Below are positions 40,492 to 51,464 of a DNA stretch of 64,000 nt, in pieces. The number at the start of each line of letters is the position of its first letter. The first letter of the stretch is position 1. The stretch spans positions 40,306 through 104,305 of the IMG/VR virus record IMGVR_UViG_3300028610_002211; one strand, 5' to 3'. Position numbers and translations under genes: made by a program. The DNA is from a virus. Below the pieces are notes generated by a model, which was not told the origin of the DNA, did not search any database, and was given only the letters and a program-made list of their open reading frames with translations.

Positions 40492-42473
40492 TGACATTTC
40501 TGCATAATATGTCTATAGTGGGTGCTCATCCATCTTCACCACCGACCGGTGACTACAATTTGTACGTTTTATCCACCAACGGGCATTATTATCTCCAATC
40601 ATCAACAGAGATTATCGATTTAACAGATGCAGGGGTGAGTTTTGTTACTGATACTAATGAGCCAACGGGGCATATTGATAATAGCGATAGCACCATTTCA
40701 TTTGTGAATGGAACACGAACTTTCACGATACAACCGGCAGTATCTAGTTTTTCGTATTACGAGTCCGGGACGAAATACACTAAAACAACAGCGCAGAATG
40801 TTGTTATAGACGACACGGAGGGGATACACTTCATCTATTTCGACGGTGCGACGTTGACGGCGGTAGCGAATCCTACAGATTCGCAGATTGAAATTATCTA
40901 CAAGATCAAGGCGCTTTGTACGATTCTTTATTGGGATGCAGACAACGATGAACAGATTCTTTTTGGTGAGGAGCGACACGGCTGTGTGATGGATGGCGAG
41001 ACGCATTATTTTTTGCATGCCATAATGGGTACACAGTATCGGTCAGGGGCAGCGTTGAATTCGCTTGTAACAGAGGGCAACGGTAGTTCAAATACACACG
41101 CACAGTTTGGTGTTGATGCCGGGATAATAGCCGATGAGGACCTTGTAATCACATTGGCGGCTGTGACATCGACAACGGGGCTTCCGGTGTACTACAAGTC
41201 CGGGGCGTCAGGATATTGGAGACGTGATTTCAATTCTGGTTTTAGTATTATTACGGCTGGGACGGGCCGGGCGGCGTACAATGAGTGGACTGGTAGTACA
41301 TGGCAGAAAACTGAGATAACAAATACTAAATTTGCATGTCTTCATGTGTTTGCGGTTAACGATATAACATACCCCTATATAGTAATTATGGGACAAGAGG
41401 AGTACTCAACTAAGATAGGAGCGCAAGCGGGAGCACGAGTAGAAATTGATACGCTGGTTACGTCTGGGATGCCGTTTGTGGAGTTCAAGCCAATTGCTAC
41501 GGTTCTCATACAGACGAGCGATTCATATGGTAATGATGTACAGACCAGAACCAGGGAAGTTGAGAGCGGTGTTGATTATGTTGATTGGCGAGTATCCGAG
41601 TTTTCATCGGCGGGGTCGGTGACATCAGATCATAATAACTTGAGTGGTTTGCAGGGTGGTCAGGGCGGGGAATACTACCATCTGACTGAGAGCGAACATA
41701 CGGGACTTTTTATAGACCCATTGACGACAAACGGTGATATTATCATCAGGGACACGACTACAAAGAGGCTGGCAGTTGGTAACGCTGGCGAGGTTCTGTC
41801 GTTGGTCTCCGGTTTGCCGAGTTGGCAGCCATCGTTTGGAGCAGATCCGAAAAAATGGGTTGTTTTCAAAGAGGATTTCATCGGTGCTCGGCTTAACGAT
41901 CATGTTTGGTCACCGTATTCATCCGGGACTGGTAGTTCGATTAATATTCGCACACCTACGGGGGAAAATGGCGTTGTGTATTTAACGGCGGGTCCATCGA
42001 GCGGACGGTATTCGGAGATGGATTTCTATAACACCGGATTGAGTGACGAGGGGCGCAATTTCAGTATGCGGCGGAATCTCGTTATGAAGTTTCGGATTAA
42101 GTGTTCGAGCACATCATCGATATTGGCTCATTGTGGTGTGCTCTTCGGAACAGATATTTTTATTCGATTTACGGCCGATTCAGCTAATGCAAATTTCCAT
42201 TTGCAGACGAGCATATCGGCGGGGACAAATGATTCGGTCAGTACAAGCATCGCATTGGATACGGTTTGGCACGATGTTGAGATCCGTTGTGTGTATGCGT
42301 CTGGGGTTTATTGTTATTTAGACGGATCTTTGGTTGCCTCGATTACCAATTTGAGCCGACTGCCAACAACACAATACGGGTTTGGTTATATTAGGTGTCA
42401 AGCAAAAACGACATCGTCGAAGTCTCTTGACGTGGATTACTACCACGCAATTCAAAAGCGAAATGATGCATAA
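40491..42473 (+). CDS. Fibre-like virion protein with a C-terminal lectin (ConA-like) domain
   Basis: Shares repeats with the previous gene; WHDVEI..VYCYLDG..LDVDY beta-sandwich pattern. Confidence 0.65.
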   Translation: MTFLHNMSIVGAHPSSPPTGDYNLYVLSTNGHYYLQSSTEIIDLTDAGVSFVTDTNEPTGHIDNSDSTISFVNGTRTFTIQPAVSSFSYYESGTKYTKTTAQNVVIDDTEGIHFIYFDGATLTAVANPTDSQIEIIYKIKALCTILYWDADNDEQILFGEERHGCVMDGETHYFLHAIMGTQYRSGAALNSLVTEGNGSSNTHAQFGVDAGIIADEDLVITLAAVTSTTGLPVYYKSGASGYWRRDFNSGFSIITAGTGRAAYNEWTGSTWQKTEITNTKFACLHVFAVNDITYPYIVIMGQEEYSTKIGAQAGARVEIDTLVTSGMPFVEFKPIATVLIQTSDSYGNDVQTRTREVESGVDYVDWRVSEFSSAGSVTSDHNNLSGLQGGQGGEYYHLTESEHTGLFIDPLTTNGDIIIRDTTTKRLAVGNAGEVLSLVSGLPSWQPSFGADPKKWVVFKEDFIGARLNDHVWSPYSSGTGSSINIRTPTGENGVVYLTAGPSSGRYSEMDFYNTGLSDEGRNFSMRRNLVMKFRIKCSSTSSILAHCGVLFGTDIFIRFTADSANANFHLQTSISAGTNDSVSTSIALDTVWHDVEIRCVYASGVYCYLDGSLVASITNLSRLPTTQYGFGYIRCQAKTTSSKSLDVDYYHAIQKRNDA

Positions 42474-42484
42474 GAGGTGATGAG

Positions 42485-43903
42485 ATGGTCAAAATACCGT
42501 ATCAAATTTTGGTTCTAAAAAGTGTTACCAATTTAAAGCAGGTTATTGCAGGCGGCTACACCAATGCCGGGATCAATGATTGGGATCCTGAGTTGGTCGA
42601 AGTGGTTGAGACTCCACAGATTATTCCGTGGGATTTGAAAAATTGGATTGTGTACTGGGATACTGACGCGGTTAAGTATGCTAAGGGTGAGAAGATAGTC
42701 TTGAAGAGTTCAGAGATTACCGATTTTGTGAACGCTAATGCGATTGTCACGGACCCGCATACCGGACTCGTTGGGCCATTCGATCTCATGCAAATAATGG
42801 CCAACCGCAAAGAGCTCCACAACGATTCTGATAGCCCGTTGTACGAGCCGGGCTTTGCCCCTTTGCTCGGGGCCAGTGGGTCGGTACAAAACTTGATTGA
42901 CATTCATGGAAAACTTGGTTGGCACCAACAACAAATCACCGAAGCGCGTTATAGCAAACCGGAAAGTATGCTTATCTATTACGGCTATTTGAACGCGTTC
43001 AATTCAGATACTAACACAAATAACGGCTGGGATAACCAAAAAGTTGCAAAAGAATTCTCAAAATATAACATTTTAGTTTTTGGCAATGCTGTTGCAGGTC
43101 CACTTCATCCCGATTATGCAAACGCTCAAATTATTGTTGCGAGAATTAAACAACTCAACCCAGCAACACAAATTTTCGGTTATGTTGATACAACGAAAAC
43201 ACAAGAGAATTTCGAAAATGATGTTGATGATTGGGTGGATTTGGGCGCAACTGGTATTTTTATGGATCGCGCTGGTTACGATTTTGGAATCGATAGGGCC
43301 GGTTTTAATGCTCGGGTCAATTACGTTCACGGTGAAGGTTTGAACGTAATAGCTAATTGTTGGAATCAAGACAACGTTTATGGGTTGGCCGAAGATCCTA
43401 CTTACCCAAATGTCACTTTTAACCCGAGTGAACTCGATTCAAGCTTGACCCATCTCGATTATTACTTGTTAGAATCGGCGCCGATTAACACAGACGCTTA
43501 TACAGGTACAGGAGGCTACCAGAGCGCTTCAGATTGGGCCATAAGGGGCGTAAAGGCGATCGAGCATAGGGCGGCCAACGGTCCAAGAGTCGCGGCTTGT
43601 GGCATCATTGACGACAACCATGTAAGTGGTCAGGATTTGTTCAATTTTGGGTTTGTTGCGGCCTATATGTTTTCGCTCGAAGCTTTCGGGACTAGTCACA
43701 GTCTTTACGGCGCCGGTTTAGAACCTTATTCAAAATGGTGGAATCGGCCGTCTATTTCGGGCCTTGGAAATTGCAGTTGGTTAAACCCGTCCGTTCAGGT
43801 AGATAACCCGGATACAGACGTATGGTTAAGGTCTACCCAATTTGGCCGGTTGTGGGTTGATTTTTCAAGCGGGGGGCAATTAAGCGGGATAGAAACGTGG
43901 TAA
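42485..43903 (+). CDS. Glycoside-hydrolase-like TIM-barrel protein (GH114/spherulin-4-like)
   Basis: LIYYG, IFGYV, GATGIFMDRAGYDFG, YLLES. Confidence 0.6.
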   Translation: MVKIPYQILVLKSVTNLKQVIAGGYTNAGINDWDPELVEVVETPQIIPWDLKNWIVYWDTDAVKYAKGEKIVLKSSEITDFVNANAIVTDPHTGLVGPFDLMQIMANRKELHNDSDSPLYEPGFAPLLGASGSVQNLIDIHGKLGWHQQQITEARYSKPESMLIYYGYLNAFNSDTNTNNGWDNQKVAKEFSKYNILVFGNAVAGPLHPDYANAQIIVARIKQLNPATQIFGYVDTTKTQENFENDVDDWVDLGATGIFMDRAGYDFGIDRAGFNARVNYVHGEGLNVIANCWNQDNVYGLAEDPTYPNVTFNPSELDSSLTHLDYYLLESAPINTDAYTGTGGYQSASDWAIRGVKAIEHRAANGPRVAACGIIDDNHVSGQDLFNFGFVAAYMFSLEAFGTSHSLYGAGLEPYSKWWNRPSISGLGNCSWLNPSVQVDNPDTDVWLRSTQFGRLWVDFSSGGQLSGIETW

Positions 43904-43907
43904 AAAA

Positions 43908-44429
43908 TTGTCTGACAATGACTACAACTACAAAAAGATAGATCATGAGTTTCGCGATCTTAGAAAAGACAAGGCTTCTGTTGATTGGGTTAAAGCCAAG
44001 TGTGAACCGATCGATAGATCAATTGTGGACTTATGGGCCGCTGTCAATGAGGCCAAGGTTCATAAGTGTAAAAAGGAGGACCAATTGAAAGCTTTAGAGC
44101 AAATGCCGGGCATGCAACGCGATCTTGGCTCGTGGAAATTTTTTCGTAATTTGTTTATTGGGGTGATTGGTACTATTTTAATAGTTGTCATTTCCGCAAT
44201 TGTCGCTTTTGCAAATGTTCAAGCCGATACTGAAAGAACAAAAGAAGATCTAAAAGAACAAAAAAGAAATTATGTTTCTTTTAAACACGATTTAAACCAG
44301 ATAAAAACCCAGGGCACTGTTCAACGACAACAAAAGGCTGATTTAGAAGAAATAAAAACTTCGTTAAAGTCGCTTGTAAAAATTCAGGAAGCGGCGGCCA
44401 AAGAAAAAAAGAAAAAACGAAAAAGGTGA
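43908..44429 (+). CDS. Single-pass membrane coiled-coil protein (holin- or spanin-like candidate)
   Basis: LFIGVIGTILIVVISAIVAFA helix; basic C-terminus. Confidence 0.45.
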   Translation: MSDNDYNYKKIDHEFRDLRKDKASVDWVKAKCEPIDRSIVDLWAAVNEAKVHKCKKEDQLKALEQMPGMQRDLGSWKFFRNLFIGVIGTILIVVISAIVAFANVQADTERTKEDLKEQKRNYVSFKHDLNQIKTQGTVQRQQKADLEEIKTSLKSLVKIQEAAAKEKKKKRKR

Positions 44430-44433
44430 TCTG

Positions 44434-45348
44434 TTGGCTTTATATAATTCAAAACTTGTTCCTTTGATTGGTACGGTTGACAGTGCCAACAAAGGGTTTT
44501 CTACACCAACAAGGTTTGTTGCGGGTTCTATCAAAGCTATGATTAATGGGCAAGTTTATGAACCAAGTGACGATAATTATGGTTGGGCGGAAACAAGTGA
44601 TCAATCTATCGAGTTTACAAATCCGCCTTGGGTTGGTGATGTTTTACAAGCGTTTTACCTAGATTTGGATAGTGAAGGTATTTCGTTGCAAAATGTTGTT
44701 GGGACTCCATTTGATCCAAGCGGCGTTTTACCATGAGGTGAAGGTATGCCTTTTCCAAACGAACACGCAGCAAGACAAACCGATCCAAAACAATACGATT
44801 CTTTTCGAAGGGGTCAACCAAAAGGATTCCCAAGTGGAGTTTTTACGATTTATGGGATCAAAAGCGGAAAGTCAAAAATACAATCAATTCGCTTTAAATC
44901 GAACAAATGGACCGTCGAAGAAGCGAAAAAATGGTTGAAAAAAAACAAATTTAAAACGGCCGTTGAACCGGCTTCAAAACGGAAAGGTGTAAAAAAAATG
45001 GAAAACGCAATTGTTCACAAAGCGACTATAAATTTGATGGGTAGCGAATCAGTTTCTGATTATACCAGGAAAATAAACAGAGCTGGTCAAGATTATCTTT
45101 TTCAGAATCTGAATTTACCAAAAAAAGATTCGTGGATCTATATGCGCGAAGTTTACTCCGATAGCGCTGTTTTTACCGTTTCAAAAAGCGGTGAAGGATC
45201 AAAGCTCTATGGTGTTACGTTTACACGTGATAAAGCCGGGGCTTTTTCGTTTTCATCGCCGATCGAAGTTGAACAATTTACACAATATCGCCCGGTTAAA
45301 ACCAGTGTTGTTGTTACAAAGGTGTTGAAAAAGACTTTGTGGGGATAA
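44434..45348 (+). CDS. 44434-44736 (small beta protein) and 44746-45348 (PFPNEHAAR...QSIRF domain protein)
   Basis: The second N-terminal domain resembles one often fused to phage prohead proteases (recalled, not searched). Confidence 0.55.
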
Positions 45349-45393
45349 AGTCAACCGTATTGTTGTATTTAGAAAGAAAGTAGAAGGTAAATT

Positions 45394-46494
45394 ATGGCCG
45401 GTCTTGCTAGGGGAGAAGAAAATCAACCGTCGAAAATAAATTGGTTCATTCTAGTGAGCGGCGTTAACACAGACGCGTTTGAAATTGGTTTTCGAATTTT
45501 CGACATTGTAGGTGGTTTGCCAGGCACACAAGTGTTTCCCGTTGCGGGTTACGAGGATGTCACCAACGCGCCCGGAAAATTCGGAGTAGGGTCTTACTAT
45601 GCCTATGACAATGGAGCGGGCACAGGGTACACCCCAGAGCTTACAGCGAGCGTAGGGACTCATCGGATTGAGTGGCGTTGGAAGATTTCAGCGGGCGCAG
45701 CATATCAGGCAGGTCACGAAGACTTCGAGGTTTTGGTTGAATCGGCGGGCGGTTCTACTGATACATATTGTTCGATCTTAGACATACGTAACGAAGGGTT
45801 AACCGATCCACCTTATTCAGATGCACAAATTTTGTCTTATATCGAGATTTGGCAAAGTTTTCTCGATCGGGCTTGTCGTCAATGGTTCAACCCTCGAACA
45901 ATGATAATCGAGTTTGATGGGACTGATTCAGACGCAATTCATTTTGGTGTTCCGATTATTACGATTGAATATCTCCAAATCAATGAACGCGGGGTTGATC
46001 TCGAAGTCGAATATTACAAAGTTTATAGTGATCGGAACATGTTTCAGGATCGACAAAATCCAAGAATCAAACTTGTGAACAATCGCGATCGGCGGGATAT
46101 TTTTACAGCGCCGATGGGCGGGCGATTGATTTTCAAGAAAGGACGTAAAAACCAAATCGTAAAAGGAACGTTTGGTTATGTCGAGGCGGACAGTTCAACG
46201 CCAAAATTAATCAAACGAGCTTTAACAAAATTGGTCATCGAAAAATTGACAGCACCGATTTATGTACCACCGGGTGAAGTTGGCGGCGGAAGCGCTACAC
46301 CGCCAATTCTAGGCAACCTTTTGGAAGAATGGACTGATGGCCATAGAATGAAATACACTGCGCCAGGAGGCGACACAAAGCCTGTAGCGGCCGGTTTTAG
46401 GGGTATCACCAATGATCCGGAAATTTTAATGATTATCAAATTGTTTAAGGCTCCAATTGGAATCGCAACACCGGCGAATTTTAGCCACAAATAG
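45394..46494 (+). CDS. Head-tail adaptor with an N-terminal Ig-like extension
   Basis: YCSILDIR..FLDRACRQWF..FGY..P..IKRA. Confidence 0.7.
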   Translation: MAGLARGEENQPSKINWFILVSGVNTDAFEIGFRIFDIVGGLPGTQVFPVAGYEDVTNAPGKFGVGSYYAYDNGAGTGYTPELTASVGTHRIEWRWKISAGAAYQAGHEDFEVLVESAGGSTDTYCSILDIRNEGLTDPPYSDAQILSYIEIWQSFLDRACRQWFNPRTMIIEFDGTDSDAIHFGVPIITIEYLQINERGVDLEVEYYKVYSDRNMFQDRQNPRIKLVNNRDRRDIFTAPMGGRLIFKKGRKNQIVKGTFGYVEADSSTPKLIKRALTKLVIEKLTAPIYVPPGEVGGGSATPPILGNLLEEWTDGHRMKYTAPGGDTKPVAAGFRGITNDPEILMIIKLFKAPIGIATPANFSHK

Positions 46495-46504
46495 AGGGTG
46501 AAAA

Positions 46505-47547
46505 ATGGTAATTCCAAATTTACAACACCCGGTTCCAATTGACGTTGTTTCACTTGATTTAGCAAACACAATTCAAGACGACAAACATAGAGAGGCAGTT
46601 CAACAAACGACAACAACCACGACATTAGGTGTGCCTGGACAAGTCAAATGGTATGCCGAAGAAATGGAAATTGACGCGGGCGGGCGCAAAGTCAAGGCAA
46701 CCGGTTATGTGTTGTTTCGTTATCTCGATTTAACAGCAAGAAGCGTAACGTTAAAATTCAATAGTCGGTTTACAAAAATCGGGAATATAACTGGTTTAGT
46801 CTATGTCGTTAATTTGGCACCAATAGGTCATTATTCCGATCAAGGCGGGGCGACAATGGTTAAAGCGTTTTTTAACGATCGACAACCGGCGGCGGGCGGA
46901 TTTGATCTTTAATGGGGTGGTTTTTTAAAAAAACAAAAGATTGGAAAAAGTTTGAAAGGGCGTTTGGCAGAAGATCTAGAAAAATTATCAAAAAACATAT
47001 GATGCGTGCGACCCTTTTAAACGGAAAAATTTTAGAAAAGAAAATTAGACAATTGATTCAAGAGGGAAAATTTTTAGCAAATGCGCCATTAACCGAAGCG
47101 ATTAAACGAGATAACAAACCTTTGGTAGGTGTCGAGACTGGCGCTCAACTTTTTAAAGCGATAACGTCAAAAGCAATGTCAGGTGATACACCGTTTAAAA
47201 GCGCTGTTTTTGTTGGCGTGTTACGATCAAACGAATTTTATAACGTTGCTCGCACAATTCACGATGGAAAGACGATCGCGGTAACAGAAAGAATGCGCGG
47301 GTTGTTTTTGGGGCTTTCGTTAGCGAGTCAAGGTAAAATCGATAGGTCTCAACTTTCAAAAAGAGGGCGAGATCTTTTCGATTACATGAATAAGGGTTGG
47401 AAACCTCTTAGAAAGAGCACAACACGGATTGTCATACCACCAAGAGAGTTTATTGATGATGTGTTTAAAGATGGTTCGGCAAAAAAATTAGCAATAAAAA
47501 ATTGGCAACAAGCGTTACAAGCGGCGTTTAGAGAAATGGCGAGATAA
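46505..47547 (+). CDS. Head closure protein (46505-46912) and neck/tail-completion protein (46912-47547)
   Basis: Position; NAPLT..KPL..TG..IPPREF pattern. Confidence 0.6.
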
Positions 47548-48782
47548 TGAGAACGAAAAAGATCATAAAACGGTTTATCTTCGAAAACAAAAATCGCGAA
47601 AAAATAACCCTTGGCCCGGGCACTCGTTTACCGCCGGAAGAAAACAATTTGCAATTGTTGTTAACTAGTGGAGGTTATTCAACAGACTCAGACTTGTTTG
47701 TAAAAACAGAGGTGTTCAACCCGAAAAGCGTTGTTACGTTTACCGGTTTTGACGTTTATGCAGATCACCAAGTCGATTTCGAGAAAACGCCTTATTCTAG
47801 TTTGGGTTTTCGTTTAAGTGATGGGGCAAACGAATTTTTTTGGAATGGATCAAGCTGGGAAATAAATGTTGTTGATTGGAATACCGAGGATGAAGTTTCG
47901 GCGAATATTGCGGATTATCCAACTACATCTAAAAAATTACAAATTGTTATAAATCTTGTGACGATAAACGCCAGTTATACGCCAGTTGTGAACGAAATTC
48001 GAGTTTTATACAAATCGATTATCGATTTTCAAGATGATCTGATTTATAATTCAATAGTACCAGCTTTAAGAACTATTAATCCGATCGCTGATTTTCCAAT
48101 TTTGATGACTTCGACAACCGACCAAATCGACTTAAACGATTTTCCGTTACAGACACCTTATAAAATAGTTGATGTTGATAGTTGTTTTAACTACACAGAC
48201 GATCCGGAAAAAGCAACAGATATTTTTTCGAGTTATAATACAGGAACAAAGGTAATTACGTTAACAGGTGCGGTTGATAGTGGGAAAACAGTTTGGATTA
48301 AGTTCATTTACGAGCCAATTGTTGCGGTAGCGACAGATCAAGAATATGCCGAAGTTTCTGAAATTCCAGCGATCCATATTTTGAACATTGATACACTTAG
48401 AAATATGTTAGTAAAAAACACAACGGCGGTCAGAAACAAAGGGGCCGGAACTGCGGTAAAATTGACCAGATTGAGGCAAAAAACCTTTGAATTTACGGTT
48501 GCGGTTTTAACTTCTTCACAGGTAGATCAACAGCGTTTGCAAGACAAAATAAGGGACTTCTTTGAAAACAATATTACTATTAATTTTAGTGGGTTAGATG
48601 TCGAACACACAATGTATATAAGTGACGACTTTTCAACCCAAACAGGAATAAAAGATCTAGCGACTTACACAGGCATTTTTAGGTTTGTCGTCAAGGACGT
48701 TGTATTCTATATAAAGACACAGGATTTATACACTGTTCAACAGTTTTTAATCACTGGTGATTTGGACGTAACTGTAAACTAG
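47547..48782 (+). CDS. Putative tail terminator protein with extra domains
   Basis: Immediately upstream of the sheath. Confidence 0.5.
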   Translation: MRTKKIIKRFIFENKNREKITLGPGTRLPPEENNLQLLLTSGGYSTDSDLFVKTEVFNPKSVVTFTGFDVYADHQVDFEKTPYSSLGFRLSDGANEFFWNGSSWEINVVDWNTEDEVSANIADYPTTSKKLQIVINLVTINASYTPVVNEIRVLYKSIIDFQDDLIYNSIVPALRTINPIADFPILMTSTTDQIDLNDFPLQTPYKIVDVDSCFNYTDDPEKATDIFSSYNTGTKVITLTGAVDSGKTVWIKFIYEPIVAVATDQEYAEVSEIPAIHILNIDTLRNMLVKNTTAVRNKGAGTAVKLTRLRQKTFEFTVAVLTSSQVDQQRLQDKIRDFFENNITINFSGLDVEHTMYISDDFSTQTGIKDLATYTGIFRFVVKDVVFYIKTQDLYTVQQFLITGDLDVTVN

Positions 48783-48886
48783 AAGGAGAAAAAAAATGAC
48801 TCGACGATATGGCAGTTTTTAATCACTGGTGATTTGGACGTAACTGTAAACTAGAAGGAGAAAAAAATGACTCAACGACGTTATGG
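48741..48886 (+). repeat. 72-bp tandem duplication covering a stop codon, SD and the sheath start
   Basis: cagtttttaatcactggtgatttggacgtaactgtaaactagaaggagaaaaaaatgactc at 48741 and 48813. Confidence 0.9.
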
Positions 48887-51155
48887 CCCGACACGTGGCG
48901 CGGGCGTAGCTGTGATTGAGAAAGAGGGCGATAAAACGATCGAACCCGCTGCATTGGGTTGGGCCGGTTACGCCGGACTTCTCGAAAAAGGCCCGGTTAG
49001 TGAGTTGATCGAGTGTCAAAATGCAACAGCGTTTTTCAAAAAATGCGGTTCGTATATTGATGACAGCTTGCTTCCCGATTCTTGCCGCAGCTACTACAGG
49101 TTAGCAAATGGCGCCGGAGGGCTTTTCCTAATTCGCGTTACAGACGGGAATGAAGCGCAAGCCGAGGTAACGCTTTATGCTCGTTATTTCGAAACATTGA
49201 CGCCAATGGGAAAATGCAAAGCGCACAACGGTGGTCGGTGGGGCGGAAAAGAACAAGTCTTTTCGGGTGATGTTGCCGATGTTGCCGACATCACAGAAAC
49301 GACAATCACAACCGGCGAAACGGGTTGGAAAACCGATCAATGGAAAGGTGGGATTGTTGAACTCGAAGGGGTCGCAAACAAACAATATCCGATCGTCGGT
49401 AATACATCGGCCGGTGTGATCACGGTTGCGTCCGATCAAACGATGGATACCGATCTGGACGTGGGAACGGAAACGCGGTATTACCTCACTTTGGAAAATG
49501 AGACGAAAGCGGTTTCAATTCTGATTGGTGATGGTGAAGAAAAACCAGATGAAGAATTTTCACTTTCGGTTTTCGTCGATGGTGACTTTGTCAAAAAGTA
49601 CGGTAACCTTTCAACAGATCCAACGAGTGGCCGTTATTGGGTGTCAGTGATCAACAACGATGACGGCAATGACGAAATCGAAGTTGAAGATCTTTGGACC
49701 GGGGCACACACCGCAAGTATTCGACCGGCGAACATTTACGGAAAAACGGACGGCGTTCCGACAATAACGGTTTTAACGGCACACATTAGCGATTTCACCA
49801 TTAATTCGCCTGCTGGAGGTGATCCAACGTTTGCTTTAGGCACAACAACAGATGTGTTCAAACCGCAAGTTATCACGGTAACAATGATAGATGCAACAAC
49901 GGGGGACGTTGTGTCTGACAGATTTGGCGCTTTCACGGGGATTTTAACCCTTGGGGTAGAATTTATTCCAGATAACAAATGGGCGCCACCGTTTACCGTT
50001 ACGGTGGGCACAAATCCTTTGGAAGCAGCTGAAACCTTGGTCATTGCTTACAAGCCGTTTGTTGCCAATTCTTTGATCGGCGGCTATCTGTATCCAGACA
50101 AGGCAAACTCAAAACTTGAAAAATACAGGATTGTTGACAACGATCACAAAACAATCACTGTTGCACCCGGTTCGGATTTGACGGTTTCGGGCGACGATGA
50201 AGACGAATTCATGGTTGAATCGGCGCTTGAATTGGCGGGCGGAATTGACGGCAATGCAGACGTTGCAGACGCAAGCTACACAACACAGGCGTGGGATACC
50301 GGTTTGAGTCCGTTCAATCGGTTGTTTGGACGCGGTATGGGCATTGTCAAAATGGCAACGCCGGGTGTTATATCGACCGCAGTTGAAAAGGCGGGCGTTG
50401 CTTATGCCGAAGCGAAAAATCACCAATACCGCTACGAAATCCCGGATTCGGTTGTCACAGAATCGGGCGCGATCGGGCATATCAACGATATTCTCGGACG
50501 AAACGATTTCGCGGTTGTAAGTTTTCCATCTTTTTCATGGGTTGCCGATCCGTTAGGCAACGGTGAAGGCAAGCGAAAATTGGTTTCGAGCACGGGAATG
50601 GTTCACGGTAGAGAAGCGCGGATCGCGGGCGACTTCGACGGTTACCACAAGGCCGAAGCCGGGACCACTGCGACGTTGCCCGAAATCTTGGCGTTACCAA
50701 CTGGTGAAGCAATTCTTGACGAAGAACAGCTCAACCCGGTTGGGATTGGCATTATCAAGAAAAAGAAGGGCAACTACATCTTGTGGGGCGATCGGACTTT
50801 GTTTCTTGATCCGACTTGGAAATGGAAACATCAACGCGAACAAATGTCATGGTACGAACACATTTTGGCCGAAAACTTTGACTGGATTGTGTTCGCGATC
50901 AACGATACCGACGAATGGACAAACGCCAGAACGGCTTTGATCGCGCTTTTCCTGAAAGAGTGGAGACCAAAAAGAGCGATCCGGGGTGACACTTTCGCCG
51001 ATGCTGCGATCATCAAAGTTGATTCCGAAATCAACACCGACGCAACAATGGCGGGGGGTGATTTGAACGCGTCTGTTGCGTTGCGATTGGCAGACACGAT
51101 CGAAAGGTTCATTATCACAATCGGCAAACAGGGCATTTTTGATAGCGTTGGTTAA
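48867..51155 (+). CDS. Contractile tail sheath protein
   Basis: GLLEKGPV, GRWG, LAGG.DG, LNPVGI, WGDRTL, ERFIITI. Confidence 0.92.
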   Translation: MTQRRYGPTRGAGVAVIEKEGDKTIEPAALGWAGYAGLLEKGPVSELIECQNATAFFKKCGSYIDDSLLPDSCRSYYRLANGAGGLFLIRVTDGNEAQAEVTLYARYFETLTPMGKCKAHNGGRWGGKEQVFSGDVADVADITETTITTGETGWKTDQWKGGIVELEGVANKQYPIVGNTSAGVITVASDQTMDTDLDVGTETRYYLTLENETKAVSILIGDGEEKPDEEFSLSVFVDGDFVKKYGNLSTDPTSGRYWVSVINNDDGNDEIEVEDLWTGAHTASIRPANIYGKTDGVPTITVLTAHISDFTINSPAGGDPTFALGTTTDVFKPQVITVTMIDATTGDVVSDRFGAFTGILTLGVEFIPDNKWAPPFTVTVGTNPLEAAETLVIAYKPFVANSLIGGYLYPDKANSKLEKYRIVDNDHKTITVAPGSDLTVSGDDEDEFMVESALELAGGIDGNADVADASYTTQAWDTGLSPFNRLFGRGMGIVKMATPGVISTAVEKAGVAYAEAKNHQYRYEIPDSVVTESGAIGHINDILGRNDFAVVSFPSFSWVADPLGNGEGKRKLVSSTGMVHGREARIAGDFDGYHKAEAGTTATLPEILALPTGEAILDEEQLNPVGIGIIKKKKGNYILWGDRTLFLDPTWKWKHQREQMSWYEHILAENFDWIVFAINDTDEWTNARTALIALFLKEWRPKRAIRGDTFADAAIIKVDSEINTDATMAGGDLNASVALRLADTIERFIITIGKQGIFDSVG

Positions 51156-51214
51156 CCCGATCATTGGCTAATAAAATTGCCAAGGTGGTTTTTTAAAAAG
51201 GAGAAAAAAAGACA

Positions 51215-51436
51215 ATGACCACGACAATAAAAAAGAGTATTGGCGATGCCGGGGCCGGGGTTGACCAATCGCACGGGGCGGACACACTTTACGATGCAGT
51301 GAAAGCGCTTGCAACGGACTTGCAAGCTGTGATCGTTGCGCTCAACCAGCTGTTAACGGATTACAACGCCGAAACCGCAGCAGATCACACGACAAGTTCG
51401 GCTACCGCTGTAACGCAAACCTACGAAATCGAATAA
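51215..51436 (+). CDS. Small helical protein between sheath and tube
   Basis: Strong AAGGAG SD. Confidence 0.65.
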   Translation: MTTTIKKSIGDAGAGVDQSHGADTLYDAVKALATDLQAVIVALNQLLTDYNAETAADHTTSSATAVTQTYEIE

Positions 51437-51464
51437 ATGTGATTGCTTGAAAGGAGTTATCTAA

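Noticed and set aside
39660-41830. DGR template/variable repeat pair in the fibre genes
   Set aside because: Differences are not adenine-specific, both copies are coding, and no reverse transcriptase is in the window.
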